64,000 nt of DNA from Harriotta raleighana (taxonomy: Eukaryota): the NCBI GenBank assembly GCA_050575255.1, contig JBNZDD010013703.1:6707502-6771501 (forward strand), given 5' to 3'. Under the pieces are notes generated by a model. The model saw only the letters and a list, made by a program, of their open reading frames with translations, did no database searches and had not been told where the DNA came from. Positions 11,976-25,037 of this stretch are shown in pieces. How positions within the stretch are numbered: position 1 is the first letter of the stretch; the number at the start of each line of letters is the position of its first letter. Made by a program: the position numbers and the translations under genes.

Positions 11976-12719
11976 TTCTTCTCTGCACTCCATATCTTCT
12001 CTCTACTTAGACAATCCAGTCAAAAATCCCGAGGGAAATCTGAGTTGGAATGTAATTTGTGGCTATCCATCAAGCTTATCTTTCCTGGTTGAGAGACCAA
12101 CACTACGTCTCAGAGTCATCTGTTCCCATTACTTTTATGGATTATATATGTAATTGTACAGTGCCTTGGCACGTCCTCTCGACATGCTAGACGCAATACA
12201 AATGTAATTTGCTGCTGTTGTATAGCAAATAGGTGATCTTGAATTGATGAAATTAGTACATTTCTGGAAAAGAGGCTCAAATTGTTGTATGGAGGCAATA
12301 TTTTTCCATCGCATTTGCAACTCTCAACTTGTCTTATTTCACAAGTTGTTGAATTGCCAGCTTAATATAAGCGTGCACCAACAACATTTAGAGGCCAAAA
12401 CAGACCCATGTTGCCAAAACCATTTCTCTTGTTTATGACATGGCAGCATAGAAAATCTGCAGTACTTAAAGTGATTATATCAAGACTGCTAAGAAGTTAG
12501 GTCACAGCTGATGGCTGACATACATGTTATGCCAAATTAGGCGAATGTAATAAATACACCTGCCTCTCTCTGTATGCTAATGCATCACAAAAATAAAGAA
12601 TATGTTTTCAAGGCAACTGTTTCTAATCTTTAAAAGAACGCACTTTGGAATTTTTTTTCAAACAGTTGAATCTCTGAGTAGTACATACACTCCAGTACAA
12701 TACAGTCAGTTTAATAAAG

Positions 12720-13075
12720 AAATAAAAATAATCCTTGCATTTGATGTTGCTCCCTATCATGTCTTTGACGTCTCAAAGTGCTTCACAGAATGTACTGTAA
12801 AGTGAATTGACAGTATATTTTGTGGGTGAAACGTGGCAGTCAACTGTGCACAGCAGTGTCCCACAAGCAGTTTGTGGATTGAGTGACCAATTTACTGCTT
12901 TATTTTTGAAGGAATTAATATCTCTAGAAAAGTGATCTGCCATTCGACTAATAACCGAGTTCCCACTTATTGCTAAATAACGGAGGAGTAAGGAAACTTG
13001 CCAGAGTTTTGCCCTGCTAGGATTCAAATGCAGATCTCTCATTTGCGAGTGCTCCAACTCCTGAGCTACAGGAGG
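12720..13075 (-). mobile_element. SINE family A (long form)
   Basis: aataatccttgcatttgat...gtaaggaaacttgcc...ctgagctacagg. Confidence 0.85.
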
Positions 13076-13505
13076 ACACAGTTTGATTATTTGTTGTTTG
13101 TTTATATTTTTTGTTTGTTATAGTTTTTCCAACGTACAGAGATTCTGTGTTCCAATTCATAATGTGGTGAATCAGAATTGAAGTACACCATTTAAAAAAA
13201 CTGGAATGCTGGTTAATTGAAGGGAAATGCTTGCATTTTTATATTTTTTTACAATGTTATGGGAACTATTATTGCTATTATTATTATCTAATTTAGGATG
13301 TAAATCCTGTACACNACGTACAGAGATTCTGTGTTCCAATTCTTTAATGTGGTGAATCAGAATTGAAGTACACCATTTAAAATAACTGGAATGCACTGGC
13401 TGGTTAATTGAAGGGAAATGCTTGCATTTTTATATTTTTTTACAATGTTATGGGAACTATTATTGCTATTATTATTATCTAATTTAGGATGTAAATCCTG
13501 TACAC

Positions 13506-14362
13506 TTTGTCACAACCAATGGCTTCTCTTCCAGCCCCCGCACTGTCACCCATGGCGCCCTCCTTGGGCTCCTACTTTTTAACATCTACATGCTCCCCCC
13601 TGGTGACATCATCCGCAGACATGGGGTTAACTTCCATATGTATGCGGATGACATCCAAATCTATCATTCTGCCTCGAGCCTTGACTCCAGGACTGTCCAC
13701 TGCCCTAACAGATTGCCTGTCAGACATCAAGTCCTGGATGAGAGCTAACTTTCTACAGTTGAATGTCACCAAGACAGAGACCTTACTGATTGGCTCATGC
13801 CAGCACCTTCACGCATCAGGCGCTGGCAGCATCAACCTCCATGGCTGGTCACTTGACCTCACCAAACCAGTCAGGAATCTTGGTGTCTTGTTTGATCCTC
13901 AAACGTCTTTCCTCCTCCACATCCAAGCAATGACTCGCTCTGGCTTCCCTCACCTCTGCAATGTTGCCCAAATCCGTCATGACCTTACCCCCAAAGCCGT
14001 TGAAACACTCCTTCATTACATCCCGGCTTGACTATGCAAATGCCCTGGTTGTTGGCCTTCCCAATTCCTCCTCCCACATGTTGCAGATAATCCAGAACTG
14101 TGGCCCGTGTCCTCTACCACTCCAAGCTTCATGACCCCATCTCCCCCATCCTCCCCTGACTCCATTGGCTCCCCAACATCCAGAAGATCCAATTCAAGAT
14201 CATGGTCCTCACATTCAAAGCTGTCCAGAGCCTCGCCCCACTGACCCAAATGCCCCACCATTGGTGGGCAAACCATTAGCCACTCTGCCCCCCACCTCTG
14301 GAACACCATCTCGCAGTTGCTCTGCCTCACCCCCTCCCTGGCCTCCTTCAAGTCCCACATCA
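13506..14362 (+). mobile_element. L2-clade ORF2 RT fragment including the YADD motif
   Basis: ..LLFNIYMLPPGDIIRRHGVNFHMYADD (TATGCGGATGAC 13641-13652), then DCLSDIKSWMRANFLQLNVTKTE..VRNLGVLFDP. Frameshifted. Confidence 0.92.
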
Positions 14363-14425
14363 AGTTGCAGTAATATAGTGCTTTTCACACAGAATAATAT
14401 CTTAGACAGCATTAAAGTGAGGCCC

Positions 14426-14457
14426 GGAGAAAGGTGAGAAAGGTGAGAAAGGTGAGA
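14426..14457 (+). repeat. 9-bp tandem repeat (GAGAAAGGT) x3 inside an old minus-strand L2-like fragment (about 14380-14690)
   Basis: ggagaaaggtgagaaaggtgagaaaggtgagac. Confidence 0.7.
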
Positions 14458-15565
14458 CTGTAGGTATGGTTGAAAAGGTAGGTTTTAATTTGGGATTTGA
14501 GGATAGATTAGATGGATTACATGAGATTGAGGAAGAGAGGCAATGAATTTCAGAAGTTGAGGGATTCATCACTGAGGGGAGCGCAGAGCTGGCGGGAGGG
14601 GGTATGTGTACCAAACCTGTATTGAGTGGAGGCGATGGGAAGGGGAGTGGAGTCCTATGAGATTGGAAAGATGGGAAAGTTCTAGGATGTTCTAAAAGTC
14701 ACCATCCTGAAGCCAGTTTAGCCATTTGCCATACATCTTGAGGATAGTGGAATCAGGATTTACTAAGAGTTTTATTAAAGTTTTAATCCTGATAATATCA
14801 GCAGTTGAGATCCACAAAGAGTATGATGAATCATTAACCGAACATCAAGATGGCAGCAGTGAGAACGGTGTCAAAGCAATGTTCATCCTCCACACATTCA
14901 AGTAATACATGAAACATGACCAACCTAACACTCTCTATGACCCTTTACTATTCTCCGTGCAAATGATTCAGTGCCAGGATCACGGCTTCCTCTTAACAAG
15001 GATTTATTGCTAGTCTAATTGGTTGTAACATGGAAAAGGGCACATGAATCATCTTTTTCAATGTATTTTTTTTGCTCTTTTGCTTAACTCACCTAAATGT
15101 GAAAATGAGTCTGTGATAAACTTGTTGGATGGGTTATTTGCGGATCAGCAAAGAATGGAAAAGGAAATTGTTTCGCATGAATGCATTTAATGTTTGCTAA
15201 ATAGACACAGTACTTAAAACTTACTATGACCTACTTTACTTTTTTGCTCTTAATTCCGATCCTAAATTAGATTACAATATTTGCAATGTTCCATACTAAA
15301 GTGTATTAGGTATGGTTCAAAGAATTTCTACTCAATAGATCATTAAAATGACTTGGGTATAGAGAAAAGACCTACTTAGTAACGTTCAACATTTACGCAA
15401 ATCACTGTTGAAGATGTGATCTGAATATGTGTCTGTTATTTTCATTGCTACGGGATATGCAGTAAAAAGCTAAAACAAGTATAGTCTCAGGGAAGATATA
15501 AGTGGCTGCTTGAATAGACTGGCATAAATTGAGTGGAAAATAGCTTGTTTTTTCTATTTATCTTG

Positions 15566-16225
15566 CAACAACAGCAACAAAATTACACTTGTATAGCACT
15601 TTTCACATCAGGGGGATGTGCTAAGACGCTGGACAGTCACCGTTACAGACCCGAGTCTAGGTCAGGGATTGGGAGGGTGGAAACAAAGTGGGGGAATTGA
15701 GGTTACCAATGGGACAATCAAAGTGGGACTTGAAGGAAACTAGGGAGGGGGTAAAGCAGAGGGACTGTAGGATAGAGTTCCAGAGATTGGGGGCAGAGTG
15801 GCTGAAGACTTGCCCACCAATGATGAGGCAGGTAGGTTGGGGGACGTGGAGCAGGCCGGATCCTGCTGAGTGGAGGGGGCAGGCAGGTTGGTAGTGGGTT
15901 AGGAGGTCACAGAGGTAGGGTGGAGCAAAGCCACGGAGGTGAAGGTGAGGATCAGGATCTTGAATTGAATCCTCTGGGTGATGGGGAACCAATGGTGTCG
16001 GGTGAGGATGGGGGAGGAGGGGTTACGAAGCTTGGAGTGGTAGACTACATGGGCTGCAGAGTTTTGGATTATCTGAAGCCTATGGAGAGAGGAATTGAGA
16101 AGGCTGACAAGCACCAACATGTTGGTGTTGTTGAGCCAGGATGTGATGAATGCATAACTGAGGGTTTCAGTGGCCTGAGAGGTGAAGTAGTGGCGGAGTG
16201 GGCAATATTGCGGAGGTGAGGGAAG
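15566..16225 (-). mobile_element. L2-clade 3' fragment with tail
   Basis: (AAC)n tail at 15566; antisense HRLQIIQNSAAHV..HHWFPITQRIQFKILILTF..FSHSAPNLWNSI. Confidence 0.9.
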
Positions 16226-16519
16226 GCAGAGCGGAATAGTTACTACAAAGCAAAGTTGGAAAATGAACAAATGTTGATGTGCATTGACGTACAATTTTTT
16301 TATGCATAGATTAAGACATTGTACATATCTACAGGGGCTCAAGTATTCCTGTAGAAGCAGAAAAATAATAAGCAAAACAACAACTTCAGCCCAAACAGAA
16401 ATACCTGATTTCTGCTGCAGAATTTGCATCTTGTGCTCAAGCCATTGGCATGAGTGGTCAAGTTTCATTAATGCTGACTGAGTCTTGCTAACCAGGATGC
16501 ATTTACTACACGGCACCTA

Positions 16520-16885
16520 AAGTTTTGTTTTGTAATGTCTCAAAGTGCTTTACAGAGATGGCGCTGGGCTCACTGTGACCTGAGCAGGGAGTGAGTGAGA
16601 GATGACTATAGGCAGATTGAAGAGGGAGTTTTTCAGCTGTCTTTTAAAGACCGATAGAAAGATGGAGGATTTGGGAGGGATTTTCAAGGTGGCTAAATAT
16701 GGGATAAGGAACATGTGGTAAAATAAAATTGCTGAACAGAAGAGACAGGCAGGAGAATTAGGCTGGAGAGGGTCACAGAACTGGTGTTGGGTGAGGGTTT
16801 GTAGGATTTGAGGGTGAGAATAAAGATCTTGATATTGATGCACTGGTAGCTAGTGGGATCGTGAGCTGCTGAATTTTAGATGAAC
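16520..16885 (-). mobile_element. Old L2 3' fragment
   Basis: Antisense ..QCINIKIFILTLK..LSVFKRQLKNSLFN.. Confidence 0.6.
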
Positions 16886-16897
16886 TTGTGGATGGTA

Positions 16898-17140
16898 TAG
16901 GTCAGGGTGAAACCTTGGGCAAGTTTCCTTACTCCACATGCCTAATAATAAGCTGTCCAAAAAAGCCTATAATAAATTGGTCATTTCAATCCACGACTGT
17001 TTGTGGGACACTGCTGTGCGCAATTGGCTGCCGAGTCTCTCTCACAAATAAACAGTCAATTGACTTTACAGTATATTCTGTGAAGCGCTTTGAGACGTCT
17101 AGAAGACTTGAAAAGTGCTATGTCAAATACAAGGATTAAT
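16898..17140 (+). mobile_element. SINE family A (short form), head truncated
   Basis: gtcagggtgaaaccttgggcaagtttccttactccacatgcctaataat...gaagcgctttgagacgtctagaag. Confidence 0.85.
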
Positions 17141-18554
17141 TCATTAGTATAGTTGGGGAAGAGGGAAGAGGCCAAGTCAGTGGGGGTGGGGGATATACAG
17201 TAAGTAGTTGCTTGATGAGTTTTTAATCAAGCAGTGGATTCTACCTCTGAGAATTTACTTGTGTTAGCTTTTTACTGCACATCAGTAGCAATGAAAATAA
17301 TAGGCACAAGAAATAGGGAGATGAAAAAGGACTCGTGATGGGCAATAGGGGAAAGTTGAAGAAAAGCTTTCTTGGTCAGGGTCAGGTTTTAAGGAAGAAA
17401 AGAGAGCTGAGGGTCAAACACGTACTCTCTCTCAGTGAGGTGTCCGATGTAGTGGCTGTACATTTTGTAGGTGAACTTCACTCCCAATTTTCACACAGGG
17501 AACTCCTACAAATTGCCATGAAGTGACTGACCTATTGTATAGTACTTTAAATGCTCTGAGACGGTACCCAGTGTGAAAGATCCTATATAAATGCAAGTGT
17601 TCCTGTTCTTATTTTTATTATCTGGGGAACACTTGGAGATGCTGCAGATGTGGTCCCCCGGGATGGTCTGCAGCTTGTATAAGGGAGGAGCTGGAAGTTC
17701 AGTGGGACATTGCTGTGTGCAATCGGCTGCTGGTTTCTCCCACAAAATATACAGTCAAGTTCCAAATCAACTTGCACCTCTTAAAAATTACACCTCAATG
17801 TGTTTTCCTTTCATTGACGATGACATAAATGACCATTGATCTCAATAGTAAGTTAAGGGAAGACAAACTAGGACATGAAAAAGTGCTTTATAAAAATTTA
17901 AGGAATATTATTATTTATCTAAGTTAGATAAACTAGTAGAAATGATAGACTGAATGGTCCACTTCAGTACAAAAAATGCATGTACTACAATGTTCCACTG
18001 GCTATATCAAAGGTACCTGTATAATGTAAAGTACTGGCTCATTCTATTTACATAGTCACCTAGTCACCTATTCCTCAGGTCTGGAACCCCACCCAAAGAA
18101 CTCAGTAAGCACAGAGCTGGAGCAGAACAGCTATTCTCCAGAAATGGCTTAACAAAGTCATTTAGAAATTCAATCCTTATCATACATATTTTCTCCCACA
18201 AGACTGAATAAAGAAAAAAACACCAACCCTACTTTTTATCTGCCAATTAGTAATCACAAGAGAAGCCATTAATACTATTTGGTATCTATCTTCTTCACTG
18301 CTTTCTCTTTCTGCCTCATTGCCATGGTGATCTGAACCATTATGCCACTGGACCCTATCTTAAGGCAGTGGAGGGAGGCTCCACTCCTTATCTCCTGGGT
18401 TGTTGCTCATTGTCTTTAATTATCTGCAAACATATACTATTGTGAGCAATGCTAGGCTTGTGTGAGAGAGGTAAGAATTAACACTTGCTAGACCAGACTG
18501 TAGGCTGCATTAAAGATAATTGAGATATTTGAAAGCCTTGTGAATTTAGAATAA

Positions 18555-18997
18555 TCAAAATGATCCTTATATTTGATGTAGCACCTTTCATGTCAGGAAG
18601 ATTTTTCAGGGCACCACACAGGAATTACAGGATGTGACAACCAGTTTTCACACAGTAATGTCCCATAAATGGTCATAAAGTGAATGATTCAAATTTTAAA
18701 ACAATTTAGGGATTTATTGGCCTGAACATCAGATGATGTTTCCTTCCCTTTTTGAATAGGGCAGTGAGATTGTAACGTCCACCTGAACACAACAACAAGA
18801 ACTTATATAGCATTTATATACACAGAATAGCAACCTGGAGGGCAGGCAGACAGGACTTTGATTTAATGTCTGATGTGAAGGATGGTCCTCCGACAATGCA
18901 GCAGTGCCTTGGAGTGTCAGCCTGACTTTGAGCTCAAACCCCTGACATGGGGCTTGAACTAGGGGTTGAGAATACTACCAGCTGAACCAGGCTGACA
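18555..18997 (-). mobile_element. Near full-length old Deu-domain SINE
   Basis: Antisense tRNA-like head (18930-18997), ggctgacactccaa..gtcggagga..tcagacattaaatc..caggtggacgttaca..ctattcaaaaa Deu-like core, and an L2-like tail. Matches the SacSINE1/AmnSINE architecture as I recall it. Confidence 0.72.
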
Positions 18998-19607
18998 GAG
19001 TATTCCTGATGAATGGATCCAGTATGGCGTGAGGTTAAAGTGAACAACTCGAACCATTAAAAACACAAGTTGTTCATTAAAAATCTTTTTTTTCAAAGAA
19101 TATCCTTGAGCAAAAAAACTCTTTTATTAAGATTATGCATTATTCTGCAACAATTGTGTCTTTTCAAAACACGTATTTAAAAAAAACTCAGTTCCTGTAA
19201 CTATAAATGCATTTGGTTCAAATGTCTTAACTATAGTAAAACATATAATTAATGTGGTTCCAATGTCTTGTACTTTCTCTTCAATTATGCAGTCTACATT
19301 CTTAACACACACCCCCGCATTTCCACAATAATACAAAAACTGATGTACCTAAATGCTATATTCGCCTTCTAAAGGTGCTTTATGCTAACTTTAGTATGGG
19401 CAATTAGAGATTAGAATAATCCTTGCATTTGGTATATTGCTTTATGCCTTTGTCTGTCTCAGAGCACTTCATAGAATTTACTGAAGAGTGCAGTGAATAT
19501 TTATTTGTAGGCAAATGCAGCAGCCAATTTGCCCACAGCAATGTCCTACACATAACTGTGAATCATTGACCTTTTTTTAAACAAATATGGGATTATTACC
19601 TAATTAT

Positions 19608-20065
19608 TACAAACAACTTGCATTTATATAGCGCCCTTCACGTGGAGCAGAGTCCCAGAGGGCTTGACAGTGGCAGAGTATGATCCCAAGACAGGGGGAG
19701 AGGAAAGAGATTGAAAAAGGATTGTAAAATCGTAAACACGATGAAAAAGGATGGACTTTAGGTGGGATTTGAACGTGGGAAAGGAGGGAGAGATTGCGGG
19801 AGAGAGTTCCAGAGTTTTGTGGCGTAGTTGCTGAAGGCACGGCCATTGATGGTGGAGCGGAGGGGACGAGGGACAATATGAGGTCAGAGCCAGCCGAGCA
19901 TAGTCAGCGGGTGTTGGAGTGGGAGGAGTAAGCAAATTGGATAGGTAGGGAGGTGTGATGGCATGAAGGGATTTGAAATCGATCCATTTGGAAATTGGGA
20001 ACCAGTGCAGCCTGACAAGGAATGGTGTGATGGGGAATCTAGTTGACAACTTAAAAATAGCTGGG
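19608..20065 (-). mobile_element. L2-clade 3' fragment (tail B)
   Basis: PITPFLVRLHWFPISKWIDFKS..FKSHLKSILFHR; tail aacaacttgcatttatatagcgccc. Confidence 0.85.
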
Positions 20066-21204
20066 TGATCCAGAACTTTCAAGAGATCCACGACCTGCAT
20101 TGTGATTGAAGCTGATCCTGAAACCATCGTTGGGAAGTGGTCTTGTCCCAGCAGCCAAACTCCAGTGCAATTCACTTTCAGATCACACGTGTCCATTACA
20201 ATTTACACAGCACACCTTATAGTGAAAGACTGACATTTAAATTGAATTTTAGCTTGTGACATATATGTTCAGTTTCAGGGCTTAGGAAGAGCCATTCTAG
20301 ACATCAAGTAATTTTCTTCAGGTTTATATTCAAATGCATTGTGTATATTGTAAACTATCTTTACTGCCTGTGAGAGTACAATTCACCAGTGAAGATAACA
20401 ATTAGAATTGCCTGATCTGAAACAAGATTGTATCAATGTGTACCATTCATTCTATTATGTGGAAAGGACACAATATGACACGGCTTTGATCAGTTATTTA
20501 ATCAGTTTCACCACCAAACTAAGGGCATGTCCACCCTGTACCATATCCAAGTAAAGATGGAAAAGTAAGGTACATAGTTTTACTTGTGTTATTTTGGACC
20601 AATGAGACCAAATGGACTGAAGACCCTTCTTCATCCAAACGTCTCTTGTTAACTTGTGATTAATGGGTTACTTGTGAACATGAATGTTCTTCCTGTAGTA
20701 CTATGTTCTGACAGCAGGTGTTGCTAGGAGAGATTTTCACTTAAAATTTATAAGTCACACTCTCGTGATGTCATAAGATATTTGGGAGTATTTCCGAAAA
20801 GAGAATGATTCATATTATGTTTTGTATGCTTTTGAAATGTTTAAAATATTTTATTCTGAGCTAAATAAAATGTTCAACATCAGTGTCAAAAGCATTGATT
20901 GTGTTTAAATGATAGCAGAATAGAAGAAAGCCAGAGAGAGCATTTTTGTGCATCAACACAAAATAATAAAAATAATAAACCTTGCATTTAATGCAGCGCA
21001 TTATCAATATCTAAGATACCTCAAAGTGCTTCACAGAATATAATGTAAAGTGTAGTGACGGTATATTTTATGGGTATAACATATTAAAGCTGGGTTATTC
21101 TCATTAAGCATCATTTAACTCTCACTGCAAAGCTCAAGCTTCTCAGTAAAGGGAGCAATACCAAGATCAGGATACTGGGACAAAGAGTTATGTACTCAAA
21201 CCTT

Positions 21205-21470
21205 TGGATCAAGTGTTAAACTGAGGCCTTATTTGCCTGTTTAGGTGGACATTAAAGATTCCAGGGCCCTATTCGAAAAGCAGGAGGGAGTTTCTCCTAG
21301 TTTCCTGGCCAACAATCCTCCAAATAAATTGCTATTCACTTCATGGATGTTTATTTGCTGTATGCAAATTTGGTTGTCACATTTGTTTCCACACCTATGA
21401 ATGCTTTGAGACATCCCCCAAAGTGAAAAGTGTTATTCCAAATGTAAGCATGATTATTATTAATAATAAT
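21205..21470 (+). mobile_element. Deu-domain SINE, core + tail
   Basis: gttaaactgaggccttatttgcctgtttaggtggacattaaagattccagggccctattcgaaaagcaggagggagtttctcctagtttcctggccaaca... Confidence 0.78.
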
Positions 21471-21632
21471 TATTAATTAATCCTAAAGTCTGAACAATTG
21501 ATGTGGTGGAAGATGAGGTTTAGGTGATCCTGATTAAGAGAAGGGAGAGAAGGTAATATCCCCCTTGTTTAGTTTTTTTTTTGCAAGGTGGAGTTGAGAA
21601 AATAAGGGTTGTGGAGAATTTGAGTAACAGTA

Positions 21633-21930
21633 ATATAATAATAATCCTTGCATTTGATAATAGTGCTTTTCATGTCTTCTAGTTGTCTACAGAATATAAT
21701 GTAAAGTGAATTGATTGTATATTTGTGGGCGAAATGCAGCAGCCAAGGGGTGTCCCACAATAATCGTGGATTGAAATGACCAATTTTGTTATAGTTTTTT
21801 TAATGGATTATTATTAGGCAACTGGAGTAAGGAAACCTGCCTAAGGTTTCGCCCTGACCTGCCTGGATTGGAAACATAGGTCTCATGCTTGTAAGGTGAG
21901 TGCTCTAACCACTGAGCTACAAGACTCCAC
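21633..21930 (-). mobile_element. SINE family A (short form, TAC-loop head)
   Basis: Complete head (..ttgtaaggtgagtgctctaaccactgagctacaagactccac) and (AAT)n tail. Confidence 0.88.
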
Positions 21931-21952
21931 AATATATCCTTCATTGGACTTG

Positions 21953-22188
21953 GTTTCGCCCACAAATATACAGTCAATTCATTTTATGGTATATTCTGTG
22001 AAGTGCTTTGAGNTTAAGGTGAGTGCTCTAACACTGAGCTACAAGACTCCACAATATATCCTTCATTGGACTTGGTTTCGCCCACAAATATACAGTCAAT
22101 TCATTTTATGGTATATTCTGTGAAGTGCTTTGAGACATTGACAAGATGTGAAAAGTGCTGTATCAAATGCAAGGATTATTATTATTAT
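21953..22188 (+). mobile_element. SINE family A 3' part, opposite orientation to its neighbour (contains N-flanked duplication)
   Basis: tttcgcccacaaatatacagtcaattc...tatcaaatgcaaggattattattatt; N at 22013. Confidence 0.8.
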
Positions 22189-22879
22189 ACTATATATAAG
22201 AATGAGTGTCATCTGTTTCAAAGAAGGATAACTCCAGAAAACTATTTGAAGGTATGACAGGACCTCCTATAATCTGTGCACACCTCAAACCTATCTTGGT
22301 TTGTGAGAATAGTTTCTGCTCTATTGGTGAAGTGCTTTGAGATTCTGCAGTAGTTGAAATTCTTTCCTTGCCCATTGTAATTTTCTGGTCATTGTTTTAC
22401 TATGTACAGAATAGCCTGAGCGATCCTTCTTATTAGTTCATTGCTCTTTATTCTTCTTCCTGAAATCTCTCACTCTGACTGATTTTCTAAGTTTATCTTT
22501 TCTTTGCTTTGGTGCCTATATCGATGACAACCTGTAGTTATATAGTGCTCTTCACATGAGGTAGTGGAGTGCTTAATGGTGGCTGAGCTTGATATCAAGC
22601 TTGCGAGAGGGATGGGGTGACCCTAAGAATAGTGGAAGAGGGAAGTCTTAATGTGTGATCTGAAAATGATTAGGAGGTGGCAAGGCAGAGAGTTCCAGAA
22701 ACCATCCCTCAAAACTCAGTTCATGTATTCTCTCTTTATACAATACTTCTCTCCTCTCCAGAATGGTTTCTGCGATCTCTCAAAACCAATTACAGCCAGT
22801 GCAAATGTTTCTCTTTAGCTCTTTAATCATATTTTGGTGGGTATACAACCGCCCAGTTATAAATAAATAATGATAAATA

Positions 22880-23181
22880 ATGATTCTTCCATTTTTATAT
22901 AGCGCCTTATCACATCTTTAAGACGTCTCAAAGCTCTTTACAGCCAATTGTGCAAAGGGTTGTCTCACAAAGAGACATGGCCTGAATGACCAATTTTAAA
23001 AAATGAATTCTTAGAAAAGCAATCTGCCAATCGACTAACAACCAGTTTTAACCAGTTACTGCTAGGTAAACAGAGGTGTGTAGAATAAGAAAACTTACCC
23101 AACATTTTGCTCTGCCAGGAATCAAACCCAGTGTCTCTCATTTGTGAGGCGAGCTCTAACCACTATGCTACAGGACTCCAC
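22880..23181 (-). mobile_element. SINE family A (long form)
   Basis: ..ttactgctaggtaaacagagg..gctacaggactccac. Confidence 0.85.
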
Positions 23182-24121
23182 ATAAAGACTCAGTGCCTCC
23201 ATGTTAACATAAATTCTCACTTTAACATAAATTTCCTTTAACTCCTCCTATGAGCGATGAGAGATGAACAGAAAAGTGAGGCACCAACCTAAAAGAGACT
23301 GTTTTTTGCCAAAGTATGAGGAAAAGCATGGGAGGATTAGCCTGAATTTAATCCTGAAGTTGTGGATTAAATAGATCATTCACTTCATGGTGGTGTATGG
23401 ATATTGCTTTGTGCAAGTTGGCTGCAAATTTTGCCTACAAAATACAGTACAGTGATTATATTATACAGAAAGTCCTCCAAGACATTATTAAATGCTCTGT
23501 GATTGTATCTTGTGTAAAGGATGCTATATCAAATGCAAGTTGTTGTAAATTCTCTGAAGTATGTTGAATCTTCCACCAGATGGAAAGGAGCTATATCAAA
23601 TGGACGGATGATTATTTTGTTGAAAATAGAATCATTGACTCTATTGATGATCAAAATGATCAGATAAACCATGTAAAAAAACTTAAACGGTTAAACTAGT
23701 GTTATTTAAGATTGTTATAGGTTAATAATTTGTCACGGTACAAAATGCAAGAAATCATGAATCAATTGAAGGGAAAAGTGCTAAAATCAAGTCTACAAAA
23801 ATGAGGAATTTGCTAAGCAATGAAATGACCTGAAGAAAACAGAACGAGTCCAAGTGAGCATCTATTTTCGATATATGGGTGACGACAGATGATGGATTGG
23901 GCAGTATTAAACATATAAACCAGTTTACACCTTTTAAAGTAAATTGGACCTCCAGAGAACAATTTTAACAGCACTGAGAGGGAATATTGTAGTCAGACCG
24001 AGTTTAACATGTAGTTGTAGGTGCACTGTCTTAAGTAGGAGCAATCAATCTTGCATAACCCCAATGTTAATAGGTGATGCGCAAATTAAGAATGGCAGCT
24101 TTGTGGACAGGAACATTTAAC

Positions 24122-24350
24122 CAGAGGCCTGAAATTTATCATGGTCATAGTTTTAAGAACATTGCCTTAATATTTAAAATTTTAGAACGGTCTTAAATTC
24201 ATTATTAATTTTGGTGGAGATTTTTAAGAGCTGCAGAAAAACAACTTTCGAAATAAAAAAAATAAAAAAATGAATTGATGAATTTTCTCAAAATCTGCTG
24301 GTCTTAAATTTGAACAAAATAGTCTTAAGCCCAGGACCATTAGAAACATC
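24122..24350. mobile_element. Degenerate foldback/MITE-like element, CTTAAG-rich family (copy 1)
   Basis: Left agaggcctgaaatttatcatggtcatagttttaagaacatt and right aatagtcttaagcccaggaccattagaaa form an imperfect inverted repeat. Related ends occur at 33463, about 51225 and 62587. Confidence 0.5.
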
Positions 24351-24529
24351 AAATTTGACGTGCTGGGCTACTTTTTAAATTCATTTTCTTGTTTGAATAT
24401 TTTTTGATTTATACCATAAATCAAGAAATATTCAATGAAGAAAAACATGAAAACGCACTAATGATCGAACATGGACTTACCTGAACTGTGAATGTTCAGC
24501 GGCTAAATAAATTCTCACTAATGTTCAGG

Positions 24530-24880
24530 TGCTGTTCCAATGACCCACAATGAAAGCTTGAGGAACAGCACCTCATCTTTCTGCTGCGGACCCTGTAGCC
24601 TCTGATCTCAACATCAATTTTAGCCACTTCAGGCCATAAGAACTCCCCCTCCCCCATCACAATCATAACTCCAGACACTCCTTGCCTCTCTGGTGTTTTG
24701 TCTGTTCTATCACCACTAAACTCCTCTTCTCCCCAGTTTTGTTCAAACATGTTTCGTTTCCCTCCAAACATGCCCCAGTTCTGCCGAAGGGTCGTGGACC
24801 CGAAACATTGACTTGCTTTCCTTTTTCCATAGATGCTGCCTGACCTGGTGAGTTTCCCCAGCAACTTCTGTTTTTATTTC
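24530..24880 (+). mobile_element. Penelope-like element 3' remnant with decayed hammerhead ribozyme
   Basis: aagcttgaggaacagcacctcatcttt = KLEEQHLIF, followed by LNINFSHFR (resembles a PLE ORF C-terminus). Downstream CTGCCGA-A-GGGTC-gtg-GACCC-GAAAC and agatgctgcctgacctg. Flanked by AATGTTCAGG direct repeats (24520-24529, 24881-24890). Confidence 0.75.
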
Positions 24881-25037
24881 AATGTTCAGGGGCTGTTTTT
24901 TCTGGCACTGCGGGCCTCCAGATTACAATTCCCGTCAGAAGTAGATCACACCAGATAACGTCAATATGGGTTGGAGTGATATCTTTCTAGTCACTAGAAA
25001 AATTCTCATTGAGGAATCTTGTTAGGAAACATCAAAA

